A stretch of DNA of 64,000 nt, from positions 10,313,774-10,377,773 of the forward strand of contig JBOZIK010000001.1 in the NCBI GenBank assembly GCA_051453625.1. Reading direction: 5' to 3'. The notes under the pieces were generated by a model, which was given only the letters and a program-made list of their open reading frames with translations, searched no databases and was not told the origin of the DNA. Shown in pieces: positions 1 to 14,051 of this stretch. The position numbers were made by a program, and so were the translations under genes. The DNA comes from Welwitschia mirabilis. Its lineage: Eukaryota. Each line of letters opens with the position of its first letter. The stretch's first letter is position 1.

Positions 1-1001
1 TTGGTCACAAAGGTCTTGTAGGTATAGGGGCTGGTGGACCAGCAAGAGATGTTCTGTGCATAGAACATCTTTCCATATTTTCTCTATGCATAGAAGTCTT
101 CATTCTATTCTAAACAAATCCAACTTTACTTCCAATGCTTGCTTCTCTAATTCTTCAGCTCTTCTCCACTTCTATTTGTTAGTCCTTTCACAGCACCAAC
201 TCCCACAATTCTAGCTTGTTCTTCTTCAAGCTTCTGAAATTGCTCTTGTTGTTCTACCTGGATAAGCATGTTTTTAAGGATATATTCTCCATAGTGAATT
301 AAGCACCTACTTCTTCGTTTTCTAATGAAGATTCAAGATGTTGGCTACTTGTGGAGTTGCTGATTGCTACACTCCACACATAGAAGCTTCGTCTCTTCCA
401 ATCGTGCCTTTGTCATCTCCTTCAGTTTCTAAGCATTTTCCTTAAATTTTTTATAACAATCTTAGCTCACAGTAAACTTGGCTAATGCTTGTTAGAATTC
501 AGATATTCAGGGATGATGGCTAGATTTTCTCGGCTATGCTTGCATGTGAATCTTTATGTAGTCTGAACTAAAGGCAGAATTTTCATCGAATTGTACAAGC
601 AATTCAATTGCAAAAAGCCGGTTTAGGTTCTAAATAATAAATTGTGTCAGTGCACGATTAAGATTGACTGGGGGATGACCATCACAGTCAAAATGAAAAC
701 GTCATGTGTTGCAACATAGGCAATGAAAAAGAATGAAAACCCAGTTATATTACAGATTATCGTTTCAATTTCAAACTTAGATTTTATCCATTTGACAGTC
801 GCATATAACTTCTACATTTAGTTGTAACTTCTGCAATTAGAAATTCTATGCTATAAACTTGTGGAGGTTATAACGTGACCAAAATTACGACACATAGCTT
901 ATTATCGTGCAAACTTTCATATGAATGCTGATAGAACGTAGCCATATAAGATTGCAAACGTATTGAAAGTTAAAATCGATGCTCAAGAGATTGAAGAATA
1001 C

Positions 1002-1191
1002 CAAACCCATTATCCACGAGATAATTAAATGTGTAACCGTCACAGGTATATGTAAACTTGCTGCTGTTGGAAGGAAGCTTCTGCAAGCACTGAATTGCAA
1101 TAGTGCTAAAGTTTCCCGTAAATGACGTGTACTCGGCGAGTACAACATCTCCCCTTGCGACAAAACTGTAAATCAATGTTTGCTGCCTCAT
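1002..1191 (-). CDS. VAMP72: First coding exon (longin domain) of a VAMP72-family R-SNARE, VAMP721/727-like; downstream exons lie beyond the left edge of the window
   Basis: ATG at 1191-1189 translates [63 protein letters not shown], the hallmark N-terminus of plant VAMP72 proteins. A phase-1 GT donor follows at 1001-1000 (TTTG|GTATTC). Confidence 0.93.
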
Positions 1192-1273
1192 GACTTTGTT
1201 TAGTCTCTGAAGGTTCAAAGGGACTTCAGATACAAAGCTCCGTTTTATCTCGCCTCAAATTGCAGGGAAACAG

Positions 1274-1920
1274 TCTGCTAAAAATTAAAAATGGCATAAG
1301 ACAAGTCAGCGTTAGCAGAAAGGGATAATTGAGCGACAAAATTGTCGCAACTGAAAGCGTCTCAAATGCCTAGATCCGAGATCAACGAAGAGGAAATGCA
1401 AGAAAAATTGGAAAATTAGAATATTTCCTGTTATATTTTGTCCCTTCAGTTGATGAAAGTATGAATCATGATACGGAATCACCATTTATTATTGATTGAA
1501 AATAAAACCTGATATGCTAACATCCGCTTATTGGTTAAACTAGGCCATTGCATCTACCGGAACCAATGAAAGGACAAATCAAACCCTAGAGCGAAGAAAA
1601 TTAGAATTAGGAAAGAAAAATAAATATTGCCCACCGAAACAAATGCGACAAAAGAAAAGCAGAATTCAAGATTTCTCTTGGCCGACTTTCGATCAAGCCA
1701 GAACCTGCGAGCACTAGTTGCCTTATTTGCGAAACGCAATGGCATGCAAACGAACTTCAAACAGGGACGTGAAGGACGGAAGAGAGAAACAAGAGCAGCA
1801 GAAACAGTTACCTTAAAAAGATGGGTGACTAACAGATACCATCATTTGCTAAACCAAAATTGCTTCGCGTCTTGGCGATGTCAAAAGGCCGACCGAAAGC
1901 GACTTCTGTAGCCTATATAC
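1274..1920 (-). promoter_or_regulatory. Putative promoter, 5'UTR exon and 5'UTR intron of the VAMP72 gene
   Basis: On the minus strand: TATATA at 1919-1914, a donor AAG|GTAACT at 1812/1811, and a U-rich tract ending TTTTTAGCAG at about 1290-1275. The region is CpG-rich compared with the flanking TE DNA. Confidence 0.5.
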
Positions 1921-2794
1921 TTAAAAATAAATAAATAAACAATTAAAATATATTATAGGTTTTGTTTTGAAACAATATATTATATGAGGTGATAATAACT
2001 CAAACTTGCACATTGGAGATAACACTTCTTTGCCCTAAACTTTGGGTAATGATTTAAATGTTTTACAAGGAGTGAAACTTGTCCGCTAGGGATGAGAGTT
2101 ATTTGTCTCAATGAGTGCGGCATTTGTTTATTACTATCGAAAGTTATATTTAGCCTACCCTAAAAAATACTAATCTACCCAGTAATTTAGGGAACTCATT
2201 TTAAAGTCTCTTTTAAATGAAAAGATGCAAGGTGTCAAGGCATTAAAGAAAAGTATAGAAGAAGCTCTTCATGATAGTAGGCTTCAGCCATCCACAACTC
2301 CATGTATAGCCTTTCTATAAATTCCACAAATTAATTGAGTTTATTTGCTTGTTCATCTTGCATAGTGTTTGTCATTTTTACCATTTTTAAAACTAGATTG
2401 TGGAGTTGGTTCATACTGGGGGGAAATATCTCAAATTTTGGCTAAGAGATGTCTACTAGTATTGCCTTTTGAATAAGGATACAAAATTAACCAACACCAA
2501 CTATCATTGACCTTGATTGAAGTCAATGTAGATCAATCCAATAGTGAATATGTCTCTCTCAAAACAAAAATTTTTTGGCATTGTTTTAACACTTGGGAAA
2601 GGAATAAAAAGTACATTTCTTCGTCTTTAATAGTGAATGAATAAGTATGATTAGGGCTTGAGAATTGGAACATGTAAAGATTGAGATCAAGTTGGGAAAA
2701 CATTTAACGATGTAGTGATTGGAGCCAAGTGGTAGCGTTATGCCTTCATCTCCTAAACAATTTCCATTTAAGGGTTTACCTCTCAGCCAACATA

Positions 2795-3540
2795 TATTGG
2801 TTATGCCATTAAGGTCACAATGAATCAAATAAATGTTATTAAGATTCTTGGTTTTTTTGACAAATTCATGTTAAAATTAATTACTTCAAAATTTGTTTTT
2901 TTAAAAATAGAGTTCATTGACAAAATCTTAATGTTAGAAGTTTTCTATGATATGAAATTAAGTAAATTCAAAGTTTTTTATTTTTTTAATGACATTCTAA
3001 TTGTATTTTCAAATATGTAAGCAATCATAATACATAGTGTGCATTCTTTTAAGTCATATGAACATATTGCAAATTTGTACATAATGGTATGTAATCTATT
3101 ATTAGTGTGATATGAATTCAAAAACTCGTTAAAAATCATAAACAATATGAAAACTCATTGTTTTATATCCTGAGCAATTTAATACCCCAAGTTTTTCACT
3201 GATTTGACAAATGAAGATTTCATGTTTTGCATACAAACTTTTCATCCACAAAACTCCATTCTTGAATCCAACCATTAGCTTCTAGAAGATAATAAGGTTA
3301 GAATCACACAAATAGAAAAAGGCAAAACCCCTGTTTTTTGTTATGTTTCTCTAATGGCAATTATGGCATGACAAAAATCTTGAACATGTGTTGTCATTTT
3401 TATTTTTGTCACATACATTACCACCATTAAGAAATCCTTGAAAAGTTTGAAAATAGCTTTTATTAAAGAAAATATATTATAGAAAACTTAGGGGAAAAAA
3501 GCTTTTAGAGCATATGATGCAAAAGAAAACTTCATTACAA
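2795..3540 (+). repeat. Direct repeat copy A1 (about 750 bp), possibly the 5' LTR of the copia remnant; the second copy is split into 6290-6427 and 14052-14670
   Basis: ttggttatgccattaaggtcac (2797) matches ttggttattccattaaggtcat (6292). 3000-3530 aligns by eye with 14140-14670, e.g. ataatggtatgtaat..ttattagtgtgatatgaa. Confidence 0.7.
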
Positions 3541-3559
3541 AATTTATCATTGCTCCATT

Positions 3560-6107
3560 CAAAATTTTCTTGTCCATTTAACACTCTAAGCTTGAGTGGA
3601 TGTAAGTATTTCATTACTTTTATTAATGATTATTCTCATATTTCTCATGTTCATTTCATAGCAAATATAAATCTCAAGCTCTATAATCTTTTAAAGTATT
3701 CAAAGGTTGGATTGAAAGAGAAACATGTTATAAAATCAAGTGCTTAAGGATTGACATAGAATGAGTATTTATTTCATGAATTTTAATCTTATTTAGAACA
3801 TTGTGGTAGTATTCGTCCATTCACAATTGTATGAACTCCTCAACAACATGGAATTACTAAAAAAAGAATTACTCCTTAGTTGACATGACTAGGACAAGGC
3901 TCTTTCGAGTGAATTTAAGCATGATCTTTTGGATTGAGGCTCTTAACATTACCAACTATCTATAAATTAGAATTATTACAATGCATCTTGATTGCTCGAC
4001 ACCCTATAAGTAAGGTTATGACATATAACTAAATTTATCTCACTTGCAAATTTTGGTTCGAAATACTTTGTTAAGAATGTTAAACCTAATCAAAATAAGT
4101 TAGAATTTAATTTAAGACCTTGTATTTTTCTTAGTTATTCTAGTAAAAGCATAACTCATAGATGTTATAATCTTATTTCCAATAAATTATTAGACAATTT
4201 TGATGTTAGATTTACTTTTAACAAGTTTTAAATACCTGATTTTGAATCTTCTAATTTTTATTATAATGGTTCTGATGAATCTACTAATGAAAAAAAGATT
4301 TATATTCTAGTTTGAGTTTTGATTTCAATCAAGGTCATGTTAAAAAGCATAATGAAAGTAAATCTAGAAATCACTTTGAATTATTATATCAAGATCTTGA
4401 CGATTAAATAAAGCATAGGAGATTGAAATCTTATCATGATAAATCTAGTATCATAGGTTGTAAACATGCTTCTGTGAGCATAAGAAGGCAAAAACAAAAT
4501 CTCTGTTCCCATGTTCTAATAGAGGTATGTAACACAATTTTGAAAGAACATTTGGACATAAGTTGAAAATCCTTGAATCTAGATGTTGTTCATTTCAAAT
4601 ATGCTATTAAATACCCTTATTAGGTAAAAAATATGAAAGGAGAGATTAATTAAATTAAAAATAACAAAACTTGGGTCCTTGTTCCTAGGCCAAAGAATAG
4701 AAATGTTACTAGCACAAGGTGTAGTTATTGAATTAATTGAACTAACTCCAATGATATAGTAATAAATATAAAGCTTATCTTGTTGTTCTTGGTTGTGTAT
4801 AGAAGATAGACATAGACTATCATGAAATATATGCTTATGTTACTTTTCTTGAATCTTTAAATGTTTTTCTTGCATATGTCTTGGAAATCTACATGATATT
4901 TGCAAATGATTATCAAATTAGCCTTCTTAAATGGGATTCTTGAAGAAAAAGTTTATATATCCCACATGTAAGGCTTGGTAAATAAAGGTGAGGAAGATCA
5001 TGTTTATTTACTTAAAAAACATTATATGGTTGAAATAAGCTCTTAGATCTTCATTTTCAAGATTAGATCCTTATTTGAAAAATCATGATTATAAAAGATG
5101 TTTTGCTAAAAATACCTTATACAAGAAAACCACAAAATATAGTTTCATATTTACCTTGATTTATGGTGATGATATAACTTTTGATGGTATAGATAAGTGT
5201 CTTGTTGAAAAAGTTTAAGATTAACATGAAAAAGAAGTTTGAAATTATAAATCTTGAAAAGTAATCATACTACCATGGGATTTAAATCTAGCAACTCTGA
5301 AGTGGCATATTATTGATTCAAAATAAGTATGTCTTTGATATGCTTAAAAATTCAATATGCATCAATAAAAATCTCTGTCCAATCCTGTGCTCAATAATCA
5401 TAAGCTTAGAAAATACATGGCTGATGAACATACATATAGATCCATGAATGGTAGCCTCATGTATCTAATAAAAAGAATAACTAACATAAAATATGTTATT
5501 AATTTTGCTTCAAGATCTATGTCCTCTCCTAAGAAACCATATATTTATTGCATGAAAAGAATCTAAGATAGTATCAATGGAACATAAATCATGGCTTAAT
5601 TTATGGATAAAATAAGAATACATAATTAATTAGTTATGTTGATGCAAATTGGATAACTAGTCTTAATAATAAAAAGATCACCACAGATTATGCCACGATG
5701 ATTGGTGGTAGTCTCTTTCTATGACTAAGCTAAAAACTATAATGTGGCTATTTCCACTATTGAAAACAAATACATGATTATACATTTAGCAAGTCAATAA
5801 TTAGTATGGCTGCATAAATGCTTTTCTGACATCATAGTTCTTATTGATAAGTCAATTCACTTTTTACATAATAGTTCTTCCATGATTGCAATTTCCTTAA
5901 ATCTTGTTATGCATGCTAGAACAAGACATATTGGAATATAGTTTGATTTCATTTGTAATCAAGTTGAAGATGGGCTTTTCATTCTTAATTATTTCTCTTC
6001 TAAATTATAGCTAGCAGATTTCTTTACAAAGGCTTTTGAGAAATAACATTTACAAGATCTAAGGGATAGATTTATAATCTGTGAAATTAAGGTCAAAGAG
6101 AGAGAAT
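3560..6107 (+). mobile_element. Degenerate Ty1/copia pol remnant (INT-RT-RNase H), gag/protease missing
   Basis: Motifs in copia order: SLSGCKYFITFINDYS and TPQQHG (INT); TWVLVPRPKNRNV, LKKxLYGLK-like and YGDDI (RT); MHARTRHI and LADFFTK (RNase H). A purine tract lies at about 6095-6107. Many stops and frameshifts. Confidence 0.88.
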
Positions 6108-6427
6108 CAAGGATAAAACACAAAAAAGTTGACTCCAACTATAAAAATGACAATAAGATCTCCATTTTTTTTTAACTATTGAGTATTGGTGTGAGTTTTC
6201 TTTTCAAGTTTTTAGTTAAATTTATATTCTTAATTATGTGTTTTTTACATGCACTATGGCCTTAATGTCAATAAAGAGTTTGAAAAATAAATTGGTTATT
6301 CCATTAAGGTCATGATAAATTGAATAAATATTTTTAACTATTAATTAATTTTAAATTCTTAATATTATTTTAATATTCATGTAAAAATCAATTAGTTTTA
6401 AAATTCTTTTTTAAAATAAAAAAGAGT

Positions 6428-9400
6428 TATTCGAGGCCAAGCTTTTATAAATAAAAACTAGGTCCTTCATTATAGAAAGATCCTACCGTTGTTCTTTCCT
6501 TAGGAATAATTCGTAATAAACTATAATTAAGTAAGCACAAAATCAAATGCAAATAATAGATTCAAAGAAAAATAAAGTAAAAACAATAATAAATGTTTAT
6601 AATAGATTAGAGATTAAGGCTAGAAATGAGCATAGCTCTCATAATCTAGCATGAACAAAATAGTATTGGAAAGAGTTCCTACAACGAAAATGGACTTGCT
6701 CTATTAGAAATTTTAATGTTTATCAAAGCTTGAGCATGATAACATAATATCATTCATCATATAAGTGTTAGTGATGACCTCAAGTCATCTTAACTCTTAT
6801 AGCATACATATATATAAGTACGAAAAGTAGAATGCAATTCCCAAAGTCCATTAAACATTAAAATAAACTATAGAATAAGATGTAAACATGAGAAAACCAC
6901 TCAAAAATAATATAAATCTCAACATATTTTAGTACAACAAGAAGCATAACAAGTATGTAAAACATCCACACTTGCTATCAAAAAGATTGCATGAAAGATT
7001 AACTACTATTTCTTCGACTTATTAAAAGCATTAAAAGTATGTTGCAAGTCACACTTAAAATGAAGAAAATAAGTTTAAGAACAGTAGAATTTTATTATAT
7101 AAAATAGAGCAAATCTACAATAGAAAGTAGAAAACATCAAGCTATAATTGAAATGTCATGCTATCCTTAAGGGCTAGCCCATCTTAAGAGAAAGATTTAA
7201 AAGTTATACATATAAAGCATTAGCCTCATCATGAAGTATAACAAGGTCGATTCCTTTCCAAGCATTTAAGATGTTACAAAGTAGGGTGTTTGGCCCTTTT
7301 TAAAGGGAACGTTAGGCTTGGAGTGGTTGGGGTTCTTTATCCTTTTGTGTTAGGTGGGGTTGTTGAGATTATTTATCTTCTAGTATTTGGTGAGGTGGTT
7401 GGGAATCTGTCTCATAGCATTTGGTATCTTCTACCAAAAATAATATGGATTATCATGATGAGTCCAACATATGGCCTTTGGAGTAGAACTCCCCCACGAA
7501 TTGGTGCCACTGCTAAATGTCACCAATGTTGTCATCGTTTTACGTAAGAAAGGTTATTTTATGACTAAAGGTAAGAGCTAATTTTAAAACAATAATTGAC
7601 TAGGCTCACAAATAGGAACCGATAGTTTTCCCATGGTGAAATCAGGATGTAAGTCTAAAATTCATTCTTCTAAAGAGAGTAGTACCACCATATAAGTAAT
7701 CAGTGTCGTCGATATTTTCTACTCAGTTAACTCTAATTTTGATTATGTGATCTAGAATGTAATACATAAGTTCGTGTATGACAGTAAAAGGGTAAAAGAC
7801 ATATTTTTATGATAAAATAATTCTTATGCTAAATTAGATTGATATACTTGAGATAAAGTGCAATAAAGAATGATTAATATGAAAACATTTCTAAGTAAAA
7901 ACATTCAATTAGAATGTGAAAGTAGTAAAGAATTGAAAATTATGGCTAATTTTTAGCAAAGAATGAGACATTAAAAAAAATTTTGAAGTGCAAATGCAAA
8001 AATCTCCAACCAAAGTTGAATCGTATCCTCAAAGTTTAAAATGATAGCAAAAATTAATGTAGAGGTTAAGAACAAATTGATGCAAACATTAGGACATAGA
8101 TCCTTTATTTCATGTTATTTTATTAAAACTAGTAAAAAGGAAAGAAAAACAATGCAAAAATATGCAAGATAGACCAACAATGCATAAAAAAAGGAAAATG
8201 CTAAAAGGTGCATGAAGTGAAAGAAATTTCTATGAGAAATGGCTAAGGCTTTACAAATCATTGTTATAGATGAAAGGAATAGATACAAATAAAAGATGAA
8301 AAGTTAAGAGGATAAATGTTAAAAAGAAGAAAGAGATAAAAATAAAGATGATGAAAGGAAATGTCAAAATGAAATGAAAAAGGAATGAAGACCAAGTTAC
8401 ATTCCACTTCTATACAATATCATGTCCTGCCAATGACCCAAGATGATTATGTATCTGAATGAGAACCTATGTGAAGAAATATAAAACGAACAAATTAAAT
8501 TCGTCAGTAGCACTGATGAGGTTTCATGACAGCATAGGTTTTCTATAACAGATGATTTTAACTTTATAAAAATGAACAAGGAAGGATGCAATGGTTACAG
8601 AAACATAACAAGAAGGGGTGATAAAATGACAAAAAGCCTTAGTTTGATAGAATTGAAGCTCAAGGATTGTTTGGTCTCAATGGTATTTTAGACTAACTTA
8701 GTCCTAGCATGATTCATGGAAAGAAGAATTTCATCACAATAAATACAGATGTACCTTTAAGTATGCTTTCTTATAGGGATAGAAGAGTATAATGATGAAG
8801 TGAATGGAAATGAAGTAAACAAAAATACAATTAAAACTTTATCATGCAGGCTATAAATAAAATAGACCATCATTTAAACTAATGACCTTATTTATTAGAA
8901 TTTTTCTTATTTTTTCAATTTTTTTAATGGTTCTAAATCTCATACAAGTGAGGTATCAACTAAGTAAACTTATGCAATTCTAAGAGTACTAAAGAAATTT
9001 TAAGTATAATCATTAAAGAAAGTAAACCATAGAAGATATCCAATTCCTACCTTAATTTCCTTTCCAATTTATCCTTCCATAATCATCAGTGCCTTTGTTT
9101 CAAGCATTTTGATCTTATTAGGCATCCAGTGTGATGACATTCTTCTNNNNNNNNNNNNNNNNNNNNNNNNNNNNNNNNNNNNNNNNNNNNNNNNNNNNNN
9201 NNNNNNNNNNNNNNNNNNNNNNNNNNNNNNNNNNNNNNNNNNNNNNNNNNNNNNNNNNNNNNNNNNNNNNNNNNNNNNNNNNNNNNNNNNNNNNNNNNNN
9301 NNNNNNNNNNNNNNNNNNNNNNNNNNNNNNNNNNNNNNNNNNNNNNNNNNNNNNNNNNNNNNNNNNNNNNNNNNNNNNNNNNNNNNNNNNNNNNNNNNNN

Positions 9401-12400
9401 NNNNNNNNNNNNNNNNNNNNNNNNNNNNNNNNNNNNNNNNNNNNNNNNNNNNNNNNNNNNNNNNNNNNNNNNNNNNNNNNNNNNNNNNNNNNNNNNNNNN
9501 NNNNNNNNNNNNNNNNNNNNNNNNNNNNNNNNNNNNNNNNNNNNNNNNNNNNNNNNNNNNNNNNNNNNNNNNNNNNNNNNNNNNNNNNNNNNNNNNNNNN
9601 NNNNNNNNNNNNNNNNNNNNNNNNNNNNNNNNNNNNNNNNNNNNNNNNNNNNNNNNNNNNNNNNNNNNNNNNNNNNNNNNNNNNNNNNNNNNNNNNNNNN
9701 NNNNNNNNNNNNNNNNNNNNNNNNNNNNNNNNNNNNNNNNNNNNNNNNNNNNNNNNNNNNNNNNNNNNNNNNNNNNNNNNNNNNNNNNNNNNNNNNNNNN
9801 NNNNNNNNNNNNNNNNNNNNNNNNNNNNNNNNNNNNNNNNNNNNNNNNNNNNNNNNNNNNNNNNNNNNNNNNNNNNNNNNNNNNNNNNNNNNNNNNNNNN
9901 NNNNNNNNNNNNNNNNNNNNNNNNNNNNNNNNNNNNNNNNNNNNNNNNNNNNNNNNNNNNNNNNNNNNNNNNNNNNNNNNNNNNNNNNNNNNNNNNNNNN
10001 NNNNNNNNNNNNNNNNNNNNNNNNNNNNNNNNNNNNNNNNNNNNNNAGTAGAAAAACCACCTTTTCTTTTCTTAATTCCAAATTAGAGATATCAAATGAA
10101 TGCAAGTCTTAATACAATAACTTAAAGATAAAGATTACTTACTCTTAAAAATAAAAAATCTATATAATCTCAACCAAAACCATAGAATGACAAATATGTC
10201 TTATTATTTCTTATGTAAAAAGGCCACTACCAATGATAGGTAAGTCTTATAAACTCATAGTATGATGAATGATGTGAGTGATCTATGAGCCTTATGAAGT
10301 AATGTTATGTTGAAAGAGATGTATGATAAAGCTTAAGGTAATAATTTCTTATTCTGTGATATGGGTGAAATGTGGGATTATGTATGTGAAATGGCTTCAA
10401 GTGATGATTATACATGCAGTAATGCTTGAATGGTTCCCTAAGAGAAACATTATCAAGTAAGATTAGTTTCATTACTAGTGGACCTACCCATCCTAAGTCT
10501 AATTTAAAAGAAAAATATGATTTAAAATCATGCATGAAACTAAAAATTTATCAACATAGGATTTTCCAAACTGCTACATGAAAAGAGGCTTAAGATGATA
10601 AAGGTTATAAGGTTTAGGAGTATGATGGCTAAGGTTAAATGAATTGTCATGATTTGGGAGGTTATCTACATATGTTTGCACACACAAGTCTATGAAATCT
10701 AAGAGGACATTAACGCAAGTAGTGAATTTTATGCTTTTAAGGTCTAAAATGGTCCATCCTTTAGCTTGTTTAGGTTTTTCGAATAATTCTTGCAAGCTAT
10801 TATCTTGAGAGAAAGACAAAGATGAGTTGGAAACCAAGGGATAAAATGAATGCTCACTGAAAGAATCATGCTTAAATAGTCATTAGAAAGTGGTTATAAA
10901 TCCAAGGAAGATTTGTTTTATTCATTAACACTTGAATCTTGCTTAGAATATGAAGATGAAATAGAATCATTTTGCTTATGAAAATGTGGAGAAGAAGGCA
11001 AAAGTTCTATAGAGGATGAACGAAGTATGGGTTTTTCTTTGATGTTCTCATCCTTAAATGACTTATCTTCAAATATGTGCCTTTCCTCAAGTGTATAGAT
11101 CTCATCAAGTTATTGCTCGTTCTTTAGATCCTCATTAGTTACATTTCCATTCTTATATGATATGACTTGGGTATCATCGATTTGACTATCTTCAATTCTT
11201 TTATGGTTTTCAAGACTCCTAAGATTAGGCTCATAAAGTGTAGAAAGCTTTTTCTCTTTTCATTGATTAAGTGTACTAATGATTTAAGCATTGGTTTGGT
11301 TTAATTGTTGAATACTTTGCTTAAGCCCTTACAAGGTGTAAGAGGTTTGTTGATTAATTTACATATAAGATTCCATGAACTTTTTAAGGATGTTTTTTCA
11401 ATGAAGATGAGGAGGATTATTGAGTATTGGAATATGAAGGGTATTGGTCAAATGATGAATAATATAAAATAGAAGATGAAGCATATTCATGGGAAAATAA
11501 AGAAGAAGGATTAGAGAGTGAGGGAAATTAATACATTGACGAGGAATAAGGATTATAATGGGTGGTGAAAAACATAGGATCAAGTTCTTTTAATTAAAAG
11601 TAAGGATTTTCAAACTCACGGTCATAAGGAGATTGATTTATGTATGAAGGAGGTTCCATATGTTGAGGATAATCCCTTATGATTTACTTAGTGTCAAAAA
11701 AAAATTTGGGGTAAAAAATGGAACGAGTTTTTTTTTTAAAGAAAGAATAAAGGGTTTACTTTGAATACTTCATTAGTCCAACACCTAGAAAATAGAGTAT
11801 TTTCATAATCAACATTAAGTTCCCTTTAAAGTTTTGAAGATGTTCTTTATAATTAACCATTAGGCTTAAGTTTTAAACATTTGCAATTCCATCATATTTT
11901 TTAAGGTATCTGATACTTGAAAAGATCAAGAGAGGTGGGATGAAGGTTTTGATAAAGTTTGGTAGTAAAAGTCATAATAAAGATGGTGATGCTAGTTACT
12001 ATTCATGATGGCACTAGCTGTTTTCAAAGAAATGACTCAAAAAAACAGGGAGTTGTGTTTTAGGCCATACAAAGTGATTTTTGTAATGGAAAATAGGAAA
12101 TAAGTGATTAAAAAAAATGTTGATGTAGATATGAAACAAAAATCACATGAAAATCTTAAAAAAATAAAAACTCAAATAAAACTAATGAAAATCCAAAAAC
12201 TGAATTCAAACATAAATAGAACTGAAAGTAAAATCTTCAGAAATGGAAAATGTAGAAAAATAAAGAGAAGGAAGAGGGTTCTTCTTTATTTTCATCATCC
12301 TTAATTTCTTTAGTTTTTTTATTTTTCATCACTTTGAACTTGGTTCTAGAGAAACTAAGTAGTAAAACCTACACAAACTAGTTAGCCTTACATACAAAAA

Positions 12401-14051
12401 GATTGATAGAATAGTAATATTTCATGTTAAAGATAAAAATTTTAATGAAAACTTAAAAGAACTAAAAATATGATCTAGTTTGGGTATCGCTAAAAGGTTC
12501 TAGTACGAACCATTAGAAAGTCCAAAAATAAAAGAAATGATGAAACTAAATGCAAAAACCCAAGACAAGTTCAACTATCATTAGAATAGGACCAGTACCA
12601 ATTATTAGAGAAAGTAGAAAACAAAAACACTAAAACTAATATGCAAGAGTAGAAAAATTTGTGTGACCCCTCCTAAAGCTATTGTGCCATTATCCATAGC
12701 AATAGCATTAAAAAATTATTTGAGGTCAAGCATTTACACATAAAAACTAAGTCCTTTTTTGTAAGAAGGTCCTAGAGTCATTTGATTTTTAGGGGTAATT
12801 CCTAATATGCTATAATAAAGCAAGAACAAAACTAAATGCAAAGAATAAATTCAAAGAAAAAGAAAGTAAAAACTAGAAGAAATTTTTATAAATGATTAGG
12901 GATTGAAGCTAGGAATGAGCATAGCTCTAAAAATCTAGCATGAACAAAATAGTGATGGCAAGAGTTCCTATAATAAAAATAGACTTTCTCTATTATAAAA
13001 TTAAAACTATTAAACTTTGTTACAGCTCTATCATAGCGACATAATATCATTCACTAAATGAGTATTGGTGAAGCCCTCAAGCCATTTTAGCTCTAATAGC
13101 ATCTCCTTAAAAGCATGAAAAGTAGGATGCAATTCCCAAAGACCTTCAAATATTAGTATAAACTATGGATTAAGATGTAAACATGAAGAAATAACTAAGA
13201 AATAATACAAATCTCAAATATTTTAGTCCAATGAGAAGCAAAATAAGTATGTAAAACAACCACCCTTACTATCAAAAAGATTGCATCAAAGATTACTATT
13301 ATTTCTAGAATTATGAAAAGCATTAAAAGTATGTTGCAAGACATACTTAAAATAAAAAGATAAAATCTAAGAATAATAGAATTTTATTAGATAAAATAGA
13401 GCAAAGATATAATAGAAAATAAAAAACATCAAGCTGCAACTGAAATGTCATGCTAACCTTAAGGGCTAGTTCATCCTAAGAGAAAGATTTATAAGTGAGA
13501 CATAGAAAGCATTAGTCTTAGCATGAAGCACAAGGTAGTTGGTTCTTTCCCAAACATCCAAGATGTTACAAAGTGGGGTGCTTAAGATTCTTCATCTTCT
13601 AGTATTTGGTGAGATGGTTGGGATACTGTCTCATGGAATTTGATATCATGTACTAGGAAAACAATGGATTGTTATGATGAGTCCAACATGTGGTATTTAA
13701 AATAGGATTCCTTCACCAACTAATGCTAGTGCCATATGTTACCAATGCTCCATTATTTTATGTAAGAATGTCATTTTACAGATGAAGGTAACAAGTGATT
13801 TTAATGTAGTAACTGATTGGGCCTGCAATTAAGAATAGATAATTTCTCCATGATGAAATTAGAATATAAGTCATTATTCTAAAGAGACCAATACCACTAT
13901 AAAAACATCATGGGGAAATACATAAATTCACATATGACATGAACAAATATATAAAACATATTTTTATGATAAAACAGTTAAATTAGTATCTTCACTTATG
14001 CTAAATTGGTTTAATATACTTAAGATAAATGTTTATTTTTACATGTTAACA
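6428..14051 (-). mobile_element. Degenerate Athila-type Ty3/gypsy LTR element (LTRs about 6428-7880 and 12717-14051), no intact pol
   Basis: Two diverged direct repeats of about 1.35-1.45 kb (tattcgaggccaagc at 6428 vs tatttgaggtcaagc at 12717, continuing to tgctaaatt..atatactt.agataaa). Beside the right LTR, 12693-12710 (tccatagcaatagcatta) is a transition-decayed reverse complement of the Athila PBS TGGCGCCGTTGCCGGGGA. A weak gag-like KKYDG occurs near 11900. Confidence 0.7.

Noticed and set aside
1-560. Possible further VAMP72 exons
   Set aside because: No VAMP72-like translation found; it looks like intronic, possibly retroelement-derived DNA, too weak to call.
1554-1911. Short ORFs upstream of VAMP72
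   Set aside because: No recognisable motifs; they overlap the inferred 5'UTR intron and promoter.
9086-10105. Long ORFs in the track (also at 38539, 55191-55923, 63080, 35273, 32021, 53705, 19570)
   Set aside because: They are open only because they span N gaps.
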